From: Eubacteriaceae bacterium UBA6119 | GTDB lineage: Bacteria; Bacillota; Clostridia; Eubacteriales; UBA1433 | Direction: 5' to 3' | Assembly: GCA_002423395.1 (NCBI GenBank) | Contig: DIVZ01000007.1 | Span: 26,110 to 90,109, forward strand | DNA length: 64,000 nt | Made by a program: the position numbers and the translations under genes | Notes under the pieces: model-generated | Databases searched by the model: none | What the model was told of the DNA's origin: nothing | The model's input: the letters and a program-made list of their open reading frames with translations, nothing else | Part shown: one piece after another, positions 1 to 9,917 of the stretch | Layout: the number at the start of each line of letters is the position of its first letter | Numbering within the stretch: the stretch's first letter is position 1

Positions 1-312
1 TATTGTCTCAAATAAACTATCAATAAATGAAGGGATTGCTCCGCTTATATAAAAAGGCAAACACCCCGCTACACACAATAAAATCCATGATAAAGCTACT
101 GCCGTTAAGCCGTCTTTGGCATAAAGCTTTGTTCTTTTTACATTAAGAAGAGAGCATGGTATGCCTATTGCCAGCATAAGAGCAAAGATTAACAGAAAAG
201 ACAAAAAGTCATATTGTCCCGCGGCATATGAAATAGCGGTGGAAGGAAGCATGAATATTGCTTCAAAACACAAAACAAAGCCCAGAATTTTGACGAGTAT
301 TTTTATATTCAT
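1..312 (-). CDS. trkH: Trk-type K+ transporter membrane subunit TrkH, N-terminal 104 codons (gene runs off the window start)
   Basis: Not in the ORF track because it is open at the window edge. Own translation of the minus strand from ATG at 312: MNIKILVKILGFVLCFEAIFMLPSTAISYAAGQYDFLSFLLIFALMLAIGIPCSLLNVKRTKLYAKDGLTAVALSWILLCVAGCLPFYISGAIPSFIDSLFETI. This is a TrkH-family-like polytopic N-terminus. It starts 16 nt after the trkA stop, and an AGGGAG motif overlaps that stop. Confidence 0.75.
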   Translation of the reverse strand, partial: MNIKILVKILGFVLCFEAIFMLPSTAISYAAGQYDFLSFLLIFALMLAIGIPCSLLNVKRTKLYAKDGLTAVALSWILLCVAGCLPFYISGAIPSFIDSLFETI

Positions 313-328
313 CAGATATTATTGCTCC

Positions 329-1681
329 CTAAAAAATCTCAGTTAAGTTTACAATATTCAAAATCGAAGTGATAATGATAATTCTGTCATTTAACTTTAC
401 ACAGTCATCGCCTCGCGGAATAATAATTTTATTATTTCTGACAATTACCGCTATAAGCACGTTTTTCTTAATTTTTAAATTTTTTAAAGGTATGTTCAAA
501 AAATCATAAGCATGTTCAACGGAGAACTCCAGCGCCTGCATTTTATTTTCGTTCATCATATACAGTTCGTTTATTGACGGATCTTCTTTAACTTTTAAAT
601 TCCTCGCAAAGCGAAGGATATGATTTGCTGTAAGCAGTTTCGGGCTTATTATGCTGTCTACTCCAATATCTTTTATAAGATTAAGACCTTTTATGCGCGT
701 TACTTTTGCGATTGTTTTTGTCGCGCCGGATTTTTTCGCAATTAAGCATGCTATTATATTTGCTTCGTCATGACCCATTAAGGCAATAAAAGCTCCTGCT
801 GAGCTCATGTTTTCTGATTGCAAAAAGTCATAATCTGTTCCGTCGCCGTTTATTATCATGGCATCTGGTAAAAGCATATTTAAGTTAATACATTTTTCAG
901 GATTTTGCTCAATAATTTTTACTTTTATTTTATTTTTAAGCAATATCTGGGCGAGATAAATAGAAATTCTGCCGCCGCCGATTATCATTACATCAGTTAA
1001 TTTATTATTATGTTTGTTTCTTTGCTGTAAAAATATATTTACAGAACTAACTTCACCGATAATATAGAGGTAGTCATCTTTTTTAAAAACAAAATCGCCT
1101 TTAGGTATAATTGTTTCATAGTTTCTCTCAATAGCCGCAACCAAAATATTCGCTCTGTCAAAATCCGTGATATCGGTAAGCGATTTGCCTATAAACGGAG
1201 AGGAATCATCAATTCTATATTTCGTAAGCAGAACTTTATTATCGGCGAAAAGCTCAATATCCGAAAATGTAGGCCACATTACCAATCTTGAAATATGGTC
1301 GGCCGCAGTGTATTCGGGGTTTATTATCTGATTCAATTCAAGCTCTTCCATCAGGGCTTTTATTTCTTCCGAATGTTCGGGGTCTCTTATTCGAGCTATT
1401 GTGTATTTTGCGCCCATTCTTTTTGCATAAAGGCAGCAAATCATGTTAATTTCGTCCTGATTTGTAACCGCTATGACTAAATCGCTTTCTTGAACTTTTG
1501 CTTCATTAAGAGTTTTTATATTAAGGCCGCTGCCTTCTATGCAGATTACATCTAAGTCGTCATTAGTTTGGTTTAAAACACTGGCGTTTTTGTCTATTAT
1601 TGTAATGTCGTTATCTTCTTTTGACAGTACGTTTGCAAGCGTGCTTCCGACTTTGCCGTCTCCTATTATAATAATTTTCAT
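329..1681 (-). CDS. trkA: Trk system K+ uptake protein TrkA (double RCK/NAD-binding domain)
   Basis: 450 aa with two Rossmann GxGxxG motifs (IIGDGKVGSTLA and IIGGGRISIYLA), each followed by an RCK_C-like segment. A trkH-like gene follows directly. Confidence 0.9.
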   Translation of the reverse strand: MKIIIIGDGKVGSTLANVLSKEDNDITIIDKNASVLNQTNDDLDVICIEGSGLNIKTLNEAKVQESDLVIAVTNQDEINMICCLYAKRMGAKYTIARIRDPEHSEEIKALMEELELNQIINPEYTAADHISRLVMWPTFSDIELFADNKVLLTKYRIDDSSPFIGKSLTDITDFDRANILVAAIERNYETIIPKGDFVFKKDDYLYIIGEVSSVNIFLQQRNKHNNKLTDVMIIGGGRISIYLAQILLKNKIKVKIIEQNPEKCINLNMLLPDAMIINGDGTDYDFLQSENMSSAGAFIALMGHDEANIIACLIAKKSGATKTIAKVTRIKGLNLIKDIGVDSIISPKLLTANHILRFARNLKVKEDPSINELYMMNENKMQALEFSVEHAYDFLNIPLKNLKIKKNVLIAVIVRNNKIIIPRGDDCVKLNDRIIIITSILNIVNLTEIF

Positions 1682-1876
1682 TTGCGCTCCTAAGTAAAGA
1701 TTAATATTATAAAATAAAGTGTATTAAAAACATTTAAAATGGTTCAAAACCTTATTAAAGTATAATATATATGATTTTTTTATTTATTTCCATAGTTTTA
1801 TTAATAAATGATAAGATAGTAGGAACCTAAGAAGTTAAAGATAACAATTTTAAAAGAAGTAAAATCTATAAATTTA

Positions 1877-2479
1877 TCATTTTTGAATATTAAAGTTAAT
1901 ATTTGTAAGCAAGGCATATACTTCATCCAAATTCTCATTTGAAAATGATGTTGCTATTATAAGATATGTTCCGTTGTTACGTGATGCGCAGTAATAATCC
2001 TGAAACACAATAAGCGAGTTCATCTCGGCCGATATATACCTGCTCTGCCATTTAAGCCCTCCGATGTCGGATGTCTCATTGCCGCCGTCATATTTAAAAT
2101 CTGTTGTTTTTACTATTTCGCCCGAAAGAGAAGACACCAGTTCTTTGGCGTCGTAAGTTTTTTTTGAAAATAAAATAATAATATTGGGGTTAGGCATATT
2201 ATTTTTAACCGAATATTTTTCTCTATATTTCATTGCAGAAAAAATTATCGTAAAATCCTGCGCCGAGGAAGAAGCGCCAACGCTGCTGCTCTTATAATAT
2301 TTTTTCATCTGAAGGCTTGACAAACACACCCAATTATTAGTTATTTTAACTGAAAATCCATGTTTTGTATCATTATAATATGCTTTATTGACGGAGATGA
2401 TAAGGTAAGGTATTGCTATAAACATTATAAGTAAAAAAAGATAAACTATAAATTTTCTTTTTTTGGCTCGATGCCTCAT
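1877..2479 (-). CDS. hypothetical membrane-anchored protein
   Basis: 200-aa ORF with a basic N-terminus and one hydrophobic helix (FIVYLFLLIMFIAIPYLIISV). No family recognised. Confidence 0.5.
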   Translation of the reverse strand: MRHRAKKRKFIVYLFLLIMFIAIPYLIISVNKAYYNDTKHGFSVKITNNWVCLSSLQMKKYYKSSSVGASSSAQDFTIIFSAMKYREKYSVKNNMPNPNIIILFSKKTYDAKELVSSLSGEIVKTTDFKYDGGNETSDIGGLKWQSRYISAEMNSLIVFQDYYCASRNNGTYLIIATSFSNENLDEVYALLTNINFNIQK

Positions 2480-2542
2480 TTATATCACCTCAGATAAATG
2501 ATATCAGCAAGATGTCGAAAAAATTATCGTTAAATGCCAAAT

Positions 2543-2577
2543 AAAAAAAGATTGGGTTTAACCAATCCTTTTTTTAT
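2543..2577 (-). terminator. intrinsic terminator after the NfeD-SPFH operon (symmetric, could act in both directions)
   Basis: GATTGG / CCAATC stem with a 6-nt loop, flanked by an A-run and a T-run, immediately downstream of the SPFH stop at 2580. Confidence 0.55.
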
Positions 2578-2579
2578 TT

Positions 2580-3464
2580 TTATTTTTCTTTTACAATTTC
2601 CGTTAAAGCACTTGCAAGGCCCGCTATCGACTGCATTTGCGAGGGAATAATTATTTTAGTGGCAGTGCCGTTTGCAATGTCTTTCATTGCCTCAATGCTT
2701 TTTATTGTAAGAACTTCTTTTGTAGGCTCTACTTCTTTTATGCGTTTAAGACCTTCTGCAATTGCTGTTTGAACTGAAATTATAGCTTGAGCCTGACCGT
2801 ATGCTTCCCGTATCTGCGCTTCTTTTCTGGCATCAGCGCGAAGTATTGTCGATTCTTTTTCGCCTTCTGCAATTAGTATAGCCGATTGCTTTTCGCCTTC
2901 CGCTCTTAAAATGCTTTCGCGTCTTTCGCGTTCTGCGCGCATTTGCTTTTCCATTGCATTCTGTATATCAGGAGGCGGTATGATATTTTTAACTTCTACC
3001 CGAATGACTCGTATACCCCAAGGGTCGGTGGCTTCGTCAAGAATCGAACGCATCTTGGCGTTTATATTATCTCTGCTGGTAAGCGTTTGGTCGAGTTCCA
3101 TATCGCCGATAATATTACGAAGAGTTGTAGCCGTTAAGTTCTCAATTGCGCTCATAGGCCGTTCAACGCCGTATGTATAAAGCCTGGGGTCTGTTATCTG
3201 ATAATAAATAACTGTGTCAATACGCATTGTAACATTGTCTTTAGTAATAACCGGCTGAGGCGGATAATCTATGACTTTTTCTTTAAGAGATACTTTGCTT
3301 GCGATTCTGTCAATAAAAGGAATTTTAACATGGATTCCGACGTTCCATGTTGCAAGGTATGCTCCGAGCCTTTCTATAACATAGGCGTTAGCCTGCGGAA
3401 CAATTCTTATATTTGGAATAATTAAAATAAATATAATAGCTATTATTATAATTGTGCCGTACAT
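2580..3464 (-). CDS. SPFH/band-7 (stomatin/slipin-like) protein
   Basis: 294 aa with an N-terminal TM helix, then an SPFH core (RIVPQANAYVIERLG...) and an E/A/Q/R-rich coiled C-terminus. Paired with an upstream NfeD gene, as in stomatin-NfeD operons. Confidence 0.9.
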   Translation of the reverse strand: MYGTIIIIAIIFILIIPNIRIVPQANAYVIERLGAYLATWNVGIHVKIPFIDRIASKVSLKEKVIDYPPQPVITKDNVTMRIDTVIYYQITDPRLYTYGVERPMSAIENLTATTLRNIIGDMELDQTLTSRDNINAKMRSILDEATDPWGIRVIRVEVKNIIPPPDIQNAMEKQMRAERERRESILRAEGEKQSAILIAEGEKESTILRADARKEAQIREAYGQAQAIISVQTAIAEGLKRIKEVEPTKEVLTIKSIEAMKDIANGTATKIIIPSQMQSIAGLASALTEIVKEK

Positions 3465-3476
3465 TGTGTTACCTCC

Positions 3477-3911
3477 TTAAATTTTTTTTACAATAAGTTT
3501 TACTCCTTCAATACCTATAACAATTACTTCTTCATTATCTTCTATCGGATAATTATTATCTGAGTTTACTGCAGTCCAAATTTGACCTTGTATTTTTACT
3601 AAACCTGTGATATGAGGTTGAATCGGTTTTATTACTATTGCAGTTTTGCCTATAAGGCTGTCAGCATTTGTTTGAACTTTTTTGCTGTTAAAATATTTTT
3701 TTATTAATGGTCTTGTTAAAATAAGAAATAAAAAAGAACTGAAAATAAATACCAGCACTTGTGTTATCACTGACAGGTTCATAAAACGACAAATTAAAGC
3801 TAAAAGACCGCCTGCCATAAACCATATGGTTACCATTCCGGTAGTTAAAGCTTCTGCTATGCCGGTTATTACTATTATTGCTAACCAAAATATAATCATA
3901 TAATCATGCAA
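3477..3911 (-). CDS. NfeD family membrane protein
   Basis: 144 aa with hydrophobic N-terminal helices and a C-terminal OB-like segment (LIGKTAIVIKPI...GLVKIQGQIWTA). TTG start 8 nt after GGAGG. Confidence 0.85.
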   Translation of the reverse strand: MHDYMIIFWLAIIVITGIAEALTTGMVTIWFMAGGLLALICRFMNLSVITQVLVFIFSSFLFLILTRPLIKKYFNSKKVQTNADSLIGKTAIVIKPIQPHITGLVKIQGQIWTAVNSDNNYPIEDNEEVIVIGIEGVKLIVKKI

Positions 3912-4010
3912 AAAATAAACCTCCTTTTTAACGGCATTACGATTAAATATAATATTGACAAGTTATAATATTAAATTATAATACAAAAAAAGAACTATGA
4001 CAGATATTTC

Positions 4011-4217
4011 TTAGTTTTTTATTAAAATATTATTAAAAGTTAATATTTTATCTGCAAACTGAAGACTGATGCTATCCGAATTTATTTCAATGTCAATAAA
4101 TTTTCTATATCTGGAATTAAGAAACTCATAATTTGCTTCTGAAATTTTATTTAGAGACATAACTGATAGTGTAAGTATAATAAGAATGCTTATAATTGTA
4201 TAAAGTCTTCTTTTCAT
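4011..4217 (-). CDS. hypothetical small membrane-anchored protein
   Basis: 68-aa ORF with an N-terminal hydrophobic helix, 11 nt downstream of spoIIP on the same strand. No family recognised. Confidence 0.4.
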   Translation of the reverse strand: MKRRLYTIISILIILTLSVMSLNKISEANYEFLNSRYRKFIDIEINSDSISLQFADKILTFNNILIKN

Positions 4218-4228
4218 TATTTTACCTT

Positions 4229-5209
4229 TTAATTTGTATTTTTTATATCCGCATAAATTACTTCCGCCATTGTGCGCGCAAGATATTCCGCGCTTATTCT
4301 GGTTTCCTCGAAAGTAGATAAATTACTTCCGATTTCAAAAAGCAATGCGTTCGGACAAGTAAACTGATTAAATCTTGCAGTCTGCCGATATGTAATGGAC
4401 AGCATTACACCAGGATAGAGTTTATCCATAGTGCTTTTAAAAGTTTTTGCAAATTCCGCATTTTTATTACTGTTTTCGTGATTCATACCTACAACAATCA
4501 TTATTTTTGTGCTTTCTAAATTTCCTATTTTGATTTTATATTTATTTCTTGCGGATTCTGTGTCATTAAGACCGTCTCTGTGAAGATCAAAAACGTATTG
4601 AATGGAAGGATTATCCTTTAAGTACTTATTAATGCTTTCAAGAGAATCGGGATACGAATCGTTATAGCTTAAATCGTGAATTTTTGTATCGTGTATTGTT
4701 TTTATTCCGTAATCTTTTTCAAGTATTTGGCAGACAATATCCCCGATGGCATTCATATTTGTTTTAGAGTCTTTGGAGCGCGCATAAGAAGAATATACTA
4801 TAGGCGTTGCCTCTGTCGCCGTATAACTTTCAGTGGTGTGAGTATGGTATATAAGAACGAGAGGCTTATCGGGCATGTCTGTTTTTTTAATGGCTGTATT
4901 TAGCGGTTTTGAAGTAACCGGAGTATATACCTTATTATTCGTTGAAGAAGAGTTTGAGTTTTTTCCTATAGACAAAACATTGCCTAAAAAAATTTGTGTA
5001 ATTTCGGAATAATAATTTTCATCATCTTCAACATCAGTATAAACTGCGGCGCTTCTGTTTATTATTCTGGTATAAAAATTTAAAAGCAACTTGTTTTTTT
5101 GCTCGCCGGTTGCGTTTTTATAACCTTGTATAAATATTGTTTGTATTAAAAAAAATGATAGTATAAAAATTATTGTGATTATAATATTTTTTTTGCTTGC
5201 CGAAATCAT
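4229..5209 (-). CDS. spoIIP: stage II sporulation protein P (SpoIIP, engulfment amidase/endopeptidase)
   Basis: 326 aa with an N-terminal TM anchor and the SpoIIP hallmark LVLIYHTHTTESY, plus a later DLHRDG motif. Confidence 0.85.
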   Translation of the reverse strand: MISASKKNIIITIIFILSFFLIQTIFIQGYKNATGEQKNKLLLNFYTRIINRSAAVYTDVEDDENYYSEITQIFLGNVLSIGKNSNSSSTNNKVYTPVTSKPLNTAIKKTDMPDKPLVLIYHTHTTESYTATEATPIVYSSYARSKDSKTNMNAIGDIVCQILEKDYGIKTIHDTKIHDLSYNDSYPDSLESINKYLKDNPSIQYVFDLHRDGLNDTESARNKYKIKIGNLESTKIMIVVGMNHENSNKNAEFAKTFKSTMDKLYPGVMLSITYRQTARFNQFTCPNALLFEIGSNLSTFEETRISAEYLARTMAEVIYADIKNTN

Positions 5210-5294
5210 TTTTACCTCTTTTATCGTTTTATATAAATAATTTATATGAATTGTACATGCGTATAATGACTTATATATAATGTCAAAATTTTAC

Positions 5295-5323
5295 TTGCAA
5301 TTTAAGAAATTGTTTGTTAATAT
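5295..5323 (+). promoter_or_regulatory. sigma-A-type promoter for rpsT
   Basis: TTGCAA (5295-5300), 17-nt spacer, TAATAT (5318-5323), about 50 nt upstream of the rpsT ATG. Confidence 0.5.
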
Positions 5324-5375
5324 ACTTTTGCATTATTTTTTAGCATACGAAAATTACTCAAGGGGGTGAAGGAAG

Positions 5376-5636
5376 ATGGCAAACATAAAATCTGCTGCAA
5401 AAAGAGCGCAAATAGGCGAGAGAAACAGATTACAAAACAAAAGCGTAAAAACAAGGCTGAAAACAATTGAGAAAAAATTAAATACTGCGGTTGAAGCGAA
5501 CGATGAAGCTTCAAACCAAATATTGACGCAGGCTGTTAAAAGTTTTGATAAAGCGGCTTCTAAAGGCATTATTTCCAAAAATGCCGCTAACAGAAAAAAA
5601 AGCAAAATGCAAAAGAAAATTAACGCGTCTGCATAA
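5376..5636 (+). CDS. rpsT: 30S ribosomal protein S20
   Basis: 86 aa. MANIKSAAKRA... is the canonical S20 N-terminus, and the protein is basic throughout. A GGGGGTGAAGGAAG purine-rich RBS lies upstream. Confidence 0.95.
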   Translation: MANIKSAAKRAQIGERNRLQNKSVKTRLKTIEKKLNTAVEANDEASNQILTQAVKSFDKAASKGIISKNAANRKKSKMQKKINASA

Positions 5637-5664
5637 GCAACAGTTTTGTAATTCGATTTTATAT

Positions 5665-5692
5665 AAAGCCGTTTTATAAACGGCTTTTTTGT
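5665..5692 (+). terminator. intrinsic terminator after rpsT
   Basis: AAAGCCGTTT / AAACGGCTTT stem followed by TTTTTTG. Confidence 0.75.
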
Positions 5693-5712
5693 GTTTGATA
5701 ATATTTGTTTTT

Positions 5713-6939
5713 TTATATGCTTAACAGTCCGCTTTGCCCTTCGCCGTTTTTAATTAAGTTTATAATATGAACGTATTTTAATGCCGAATAAACAAAGTCG
5801 GATTTGACTTCATAGTAACTGCCGTCCTGGCATGAGAACTGTATAATTTGCCCAAGAATTGCCTGCGCTTCCAAAATGTCGGCAATATAGAATATAGTAC
5901 TTTTTGTATCTGATACAATTTCAATTCTGTCATAAAATAGTTTCATAACGCCTGCAGCAAGCAGCACGTTTTTTTTCATATAGAAGCAGGAAAACAATTT
6001 TATCTTGTCATCCGCATACAAGGGAGTGTCTTTATTGAATAGAATACCATTTTTATATTCTTCAAGAAGGAGTTTTTTCTGCCAGTTGTCCCATTTTATT
6101 ATTGTATCAAAGTAAACAGAGTGTTCGCTTGCCGCTTCAAAAAAACCGAAAGTGTTATACTTTACCGAATAATTGCATTCCTTACAATAAAAAATATCAT
6201 TATTACTTTGCATAGTGTTTCTGCTGTGACATTCAGGGCATGTATATAATGCTCGTTCCAAAAACATTGAAGCATTGCGGCCTTTATACGGCTGCATATT
6301 TGTCTGCTGTATATCGTATGCGCTTGTTTTCAGATTTTTTATAATAATATCCGATAGTTGTTCCGATGAAAATTTTTTTATCTCTTCAACGCTTATATGT
6401 TTTACAATCGTTCCGGTGAACTTGCCTTTGCGGTGATTCGCCGCCCAGCGGGGGGTGCAGAAATAAAGTCCTTGCAGATTGTACAATATTACGGGTATAT
6501 TAAGCAGTTTAACGAGTTTGCCTATGGAAGGGGATATATAAGCTTCTTCTCCGTTAAAAGAACCGTTCCCTGAGGGGAAGAGACCGATGCAGCCGCTTTC
6601 AGACGCTACGCTTCTAATATGTCTTATTGATTTTACATCTATCATTGTCTTTGAGATAGGTATTGGAGCAAAGCAAAATTTTAATATTTTACTTACAATA
6701 CTCAATCTGAAAAGATGGTCGCTAGCGACATAATATATAGGACGGTTAAAAGAAAGTGAAATAAAAATCGGATCGTATGCGCCAATGTGATTTGACAGTA
6801 TGAGATACGGTTGATTATTGTTTAGTTTATATTTTGTCAAATCCAGACCGAAGAACAGCTTAAAAAAAAGATGTACTCCAGGCTTTAAGATATTTGCTAT
6901 AATATTATGGCGTATTTTCGTATGTTTGTTTTTTTTCAA
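5713..6939 (-). CDS. PlsC-family (lysophospholipid) acyltransferase fused to a zinc-ribbon and a C-terminal domain of unknown function
   Basis: 408 aa. HX4D acyltransferase motif (NHIGAYD) and an FPSGNGS block in the N-terminal half. CPECHS...CKECNYS (two CxxC pairs) mid-protein, then about 150 aa unassigned. Confidence 0.6.
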   Translation of the reverse strand: MKKNKHTKIRHNIIANILKPGVHLFFKLFFGLDLTKYKLNNNQPYLILSNHIGAYDPIFISLSFNRPIYYVASDHLFRLSIVSKILKFCFAPIPISKTMIDVKSIRHIRSVASESGCIGLFPSGNGSFNGEEAYISPSIGKLVKLLNIPVILYNLQGLYFCTPRWAANHRKGKFTGTIVKHISVEEIKKFSSEQLSDIIIKNLKTSAYDIQQTNMQPYKGRNASMFLERALYTCPECHSRNTMQSNNDIFYCKECNYSVKYNTFGFFEAASEHSVYFDTIIKWDNWQKKLLLEEYKNGILFNKDTPLYADDKIKLFSCFYMKKNVLLAAGVMKLFYDRIEIVSDTKSTIFYIADILEAQAILGQIIQFSCQDGSYYEVKSDFVYSALKYVHIINLIKNGEGQSGLLSI

Positions 6940-7013
6940 GTAAACACCTATTGAGAATTAATAAATTTATATTAACAACTAAAATACACAAAATCAATTA
7001 AAATGTAATTGAA

Positions 7014-7041
7014 TTAAAAAAAGACGGCACAGCCGTCTTTA
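7014..7041 (-). terminator. intrinsic terminator after spoVS
   Basis: AAGACGGC / GCCGTCTT stem with a 3-nt loop, followed on the minus strand by TTTTT. Confidence 0.75.
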
Positions 7042-7055
7042 TAATTTTTATCTCA

Positions 7056-7316
7056 TCATCTGGTATGTATGATAAGTTTAATTCCTGTTCTTTCGACTCC
7101 GTTTATGTCAATATCACAAAATGCCGGTATGCACACCAAATCGTATCCGCCCGGAGCAACATAGCCTCTTGCTATTGCTATTGATTTTACTGCTTGATTT
7201 AATGCTCCCGCGCCTATTGCCTGAATTTCCGCAACCCCGCTTTCTCTTATAACGCCTGCCAATGCTCCGGCTACCGAGTTAGGGTTAGAATTTGAAGAAA
7301 CCTTTAACACTTCCAT
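7056..7316 (-). CDS. spoVS: stage V sporulation protein S
   Basis: MEVLKVSSNSNPNSVAGALAGVIRE... is the canonical SpoVS N-terminus. I place the start at the internal ATG (7316), giving 86 aa rather than the 104-aa track ORF. Confidence 0.9.
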   Translation of the reverse strand: MEVLKVSSNSNPNSVAGALAGVIRESGVAEIQAIGAGALNQAVKSIAIARGYVAPGGYDLVCIPAFCDIDINGVERTGIKLIIHTR

Positions 7317-7410
7317 TGCAAATACCTTTAACCTCAAATATGCTGCATAAGAGGCTTTTAATCCTTTCAAAGCTTGTTATTTATTAATTTATATGTTTTT
7401 TGCAAAAATA

Positions 7411-8187
7411 TTAATCAAATATTTTATAAATTCTCTCTATTTTTGCGCAGACATTATCATCGTCGAAAGTTACACATACACCGTTAAATTGCCGCTTGCC
7501 CTGCGCAAGTTCGAATTTTACAGGTCTTTTAGTTTTAAATGATTTAATAATAATATTTTTATCAATGCCTATCACCCCCTCATAAGGACCCGTCATACCT
7601 ACATCCGTGATGGCGGCAGTCTGCAGATTGATTATGCGTTCGTCTGCAGTTTGTACATGAGTATGTGTTCCGACTACTGCATCAGCGCGACCGGCTGCAT
7701 AATAGCTGAATGCTATTTTTTCACTGGTTGCTTCTGCGTGAAAATCTACGAAAATTATATCGCAGCAAGGCTTAATAATTTCGTATATTTTGTCGAAGGC
7801 TAAAAAAGGATTATCTAAATTTTCCATAAAAACGGTACCTGAAAGATTAACTATTCCGAGGCGTATTTTACCAACTCTTACAACGTTATAACCTTTGCCG
7901 GGACATGGAGGAGGGTAATTTGCAGGCCTGAGTATATTATCGTAATTTTCAATAAAATCGAATATTTCTTTTTTTGCCCAGATATGATTGCCGGTGGTTA
8001 TAAAGTCTGCGCCCGCCGTTATAAGCTCATCATAGCTGGATTTAACAAGTCCCGCATAACCTGACGCATTTTCAGCGTTAATTATGCAAAAATCTGCACT
8101 GTATTCTTTTTTTATGTCATTTAAATATTTGGAAATTACGCTGCGACCGGAATTTCCCATCACGTCCCCTACAAAAAGTATCTTCAT
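7411..8187 (-). CDS. ymdB: YmdB-type metallophosphoesterase (2',3'-cyclic-nucleotide phosphodiesterase family, TIGR00282-like)
   Basis: 258 aa with MKILFVGDVMGNSGR and GNH / GTHTH metallophosphatase motifs. Conserved rny-ymdB-spoVS gene order. Confidence 0.9.
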   Translation of the reverse strand: MKILFVGDVMGNSGRSVISKYLNDIKKEYSADFCIINAENASGYAGLVKSSYDELITAGADFITTGNHIWAKKEIFDFIENYDNILRPANYPPPCPGKGYNVVRVGKIRLGIVNLSGTVFMENLDNPFLAFDKIYEIIKPCCDIIFVDFHAEATSEKIAFSYYAAGRADAVVGTHTHVQTADERIINLQTAAITDVGMTGPYEGVIGIDKNIIIKSFKTKRPVKFELAQGKRQFNGVCVTFDDDNVCAKIERIYKIFD

Positions 8188-8211
8188 TTTCTCTCCTAAA
8201 TTAAATAAATT

Positions 8212-8240
8212 TTAAAAAAGAGAGCATTTGCTCTCTTTTT
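8212..8240 (-). terminator. intrinsic terminator (or attenuator) between rny and ymdB
   Basis: GAGAGC / GCTCTC stem extended by A:T pairs, with a T-run on the minus strand directly after the rny stop. Confidence 0.6.
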
Positions 8241-9779
8241 TTATTTAGCGTATTCAGTAACTCTTGTTTCTCGTATAAGGTTTACTTTAATTTGACCGGG
8301 ATAATCCAGTTCGTTTTCTATTCTCTGTGCAATTTCTTTCGCCGTAAGGACCATTCCGACATCGTCAATTTCGTCTGATTTTACCATAATACGAACTTCT
8401 CTTCCCGCTTGTATTGCAAATGATTTATCAACGCCCGGGAAAGATGTTGCAATTTCTTCAAGTTTCTGCAGTCTTTTTATATAACTTTCCAGCGTTTCGC
8501 GTCTTGCTCCGGGTCTTGCCGCCGATATTGCGTCTGCAGCCTGAACAAGCACTGCTTCAATAGTTTTAGGTTCTACATCGTCATGATGAGCTTCAACCGC
8601 GTGGATTACTTCATTATTCTCTTTGTATCTTTTTAAAATATCAACGCCAATTGCTACATGAGGACCTTCTACTTCATGGTCGACTGCTTTGCCTAAGTCG
8701 TGGAGAAGACCTGCTCTTCTTGCAATTCTTGCATTGGCGCCGAGTTCGTCGGCCATTATGCCTGCAAGATATGCAACTTCCAGTGAATGTTTTAATATAT
8801 TTTGTCCGTAACTGGTTCTGTAGTGAAGCCGTCCTATTAGTTTTACCATCTCAGGATGAATTTTATGCAGTCCGACTTCAAATATAGCATGTTCACCCAT
8901 TTCTTTTATTTTATCTTCAATTTCTTTTTTCGAAGTGTTGACCATTTCTTCGATTCTTGCAGGGTGAATTCTTCCGTCGCTTATTAGCTTTTCAAGAGCA
9001 TTCCTTGCAATTTCGCGTTTTATCGGGTCGAATCCGGACAATATAACCGCTTCCGGAGTATCATCTATTATTAAGTCTACTCCCGTGAGCGTTTCAAGCG
9101 CCCGTATATTTCTTCCTTCTCTTCCTATTATGCGGCCTTTCATTTCATCACTCGGAAGACTGACAACTGATACCGTTGTTTCAGCCACATGATCGGCTGC
9201 GCATTTTTGTATAGCATATGTTATGATTTCTCTGGCTTTTTTGTCTGCTTCTGCTTTCGCTTCGGCTTCTTTGTTTTTTATAAGGATTGCGGTTTCTCTT
9301 GTAATCCTGTTTTCAACATTTGCAAGCAGCAATTCTCTTGCTTCTTCAAACGTTAATTGCGATATTTTTTCAAGCTCTACAAGCTGTTTTTCTTTCAATA
9401 TATCCAGCTCGGTTTCTTTCAATTCCAGTTTCTTGTTTCTTTCTATTATAGCTTCTTCTTTTTTTTCTATATTTTCAATTTTTCTATCTAAATTTTCTTC
9501 TTTATTCATAACTCGCTTTTCGAGTTTTTGCAATTCGTTTCTTCGTTCTCTGCTTTCTCGGTCCAGTTCGAATCTTAGAGAATGTATCTCTTCTTTAGCT
9601 TCTATTAATCTCTCTTTTTTTATTCTCTCGCTTTCCTTTATCGCTTCTTCAACCATGTTGTTGGCTGTTTTAGCGGCATTATTTATTTTGCTTTCGCTAA
9701 GATATTTTCTTAATATAAATCCGACAGATATGCCTATTATAAAAAATAATGATGCCCATAATATTATCTTTAAAAGCAT
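8241..9779 (-). CDS. rny: ribonuclease Y
   Basis: 512 aa with an N-terminal TM helix, a long K/E coiled coil, a KH domain ([15 protein letters not shown]) and an HD domain (HSLEVA...LLHDLGK). Confidence 0.95.
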   Translation of the reverse strand: MLLKIILWASLFFIIGISVGFILRKYLSESKINNAAKTANNMVEEAIKESERIKKERLIEAKEEIHSLRFELDRESRERRNELQKLEKRVMNKEENLDRKIENIEKKEEAIIERNKKLELKETELDILKEKQLVELEKISQLTFEEARELLLANVENRITRETAILIKNKEAEAKAEADKKAREIITYAIQKCAADHVAETTVSVVSLPSDEMKGRIIGREGRNIRALETLTGVDLIIDDTPEAVILSGFDPIKREIARNALEKLISDGRIHPARIEEMVNTSKKEIEDKIKEMGEHAIFEVGLHKIHPEMVKLIGRLHYRTSYGQNILKHSLEVAYLAGIMADELGANARIARRAGLLHDLGKAVDHEVEGPHVAIGVDILKRYKENNEVIHAVEAHHDDVEPKTIEAVLVQAADAISAARPGARRETLESYIKRLQKLEEIATSFPGVDKSFAIQAGREVRIMVKSDEIDDVGMVLTAKEIAQRIENELDYPGQIKVNLIRETRVTEYAK

Positions 9780-9888
9780 GCTTTCCTCCTATTCTGTTTT
9801 CAAAAATCGTAAAAAATATAACTATTCAAATTTTCAAATAATTAATTAAACAATAAAAAAATAAATCCATCCAAATGCTAACAAAATA

Positions 9889-9917
9889 ATTTTAAACTTT
9901 TTATAGCATACTGTCAA
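9889..9917 (-). promoter_or_regulatory. sigma-A-type promoter for rny
   Basis: On the minus strand: TTGACA (9917-9912), 17-nt spacer, TAAAAT (9894-9889). This predicts a leader of about 100 nt before rny. Confidence 0.5.

Noticed and set aside
9223-9849. 208-aa Ser/Phe-rich plus-strand ORF.
   Set aside because: It lies entirely antisense to the K/E-rich coiled-coil region of rny. Low-complexity composition is the expected mirror of GAA/AAA-rich coding DNA.
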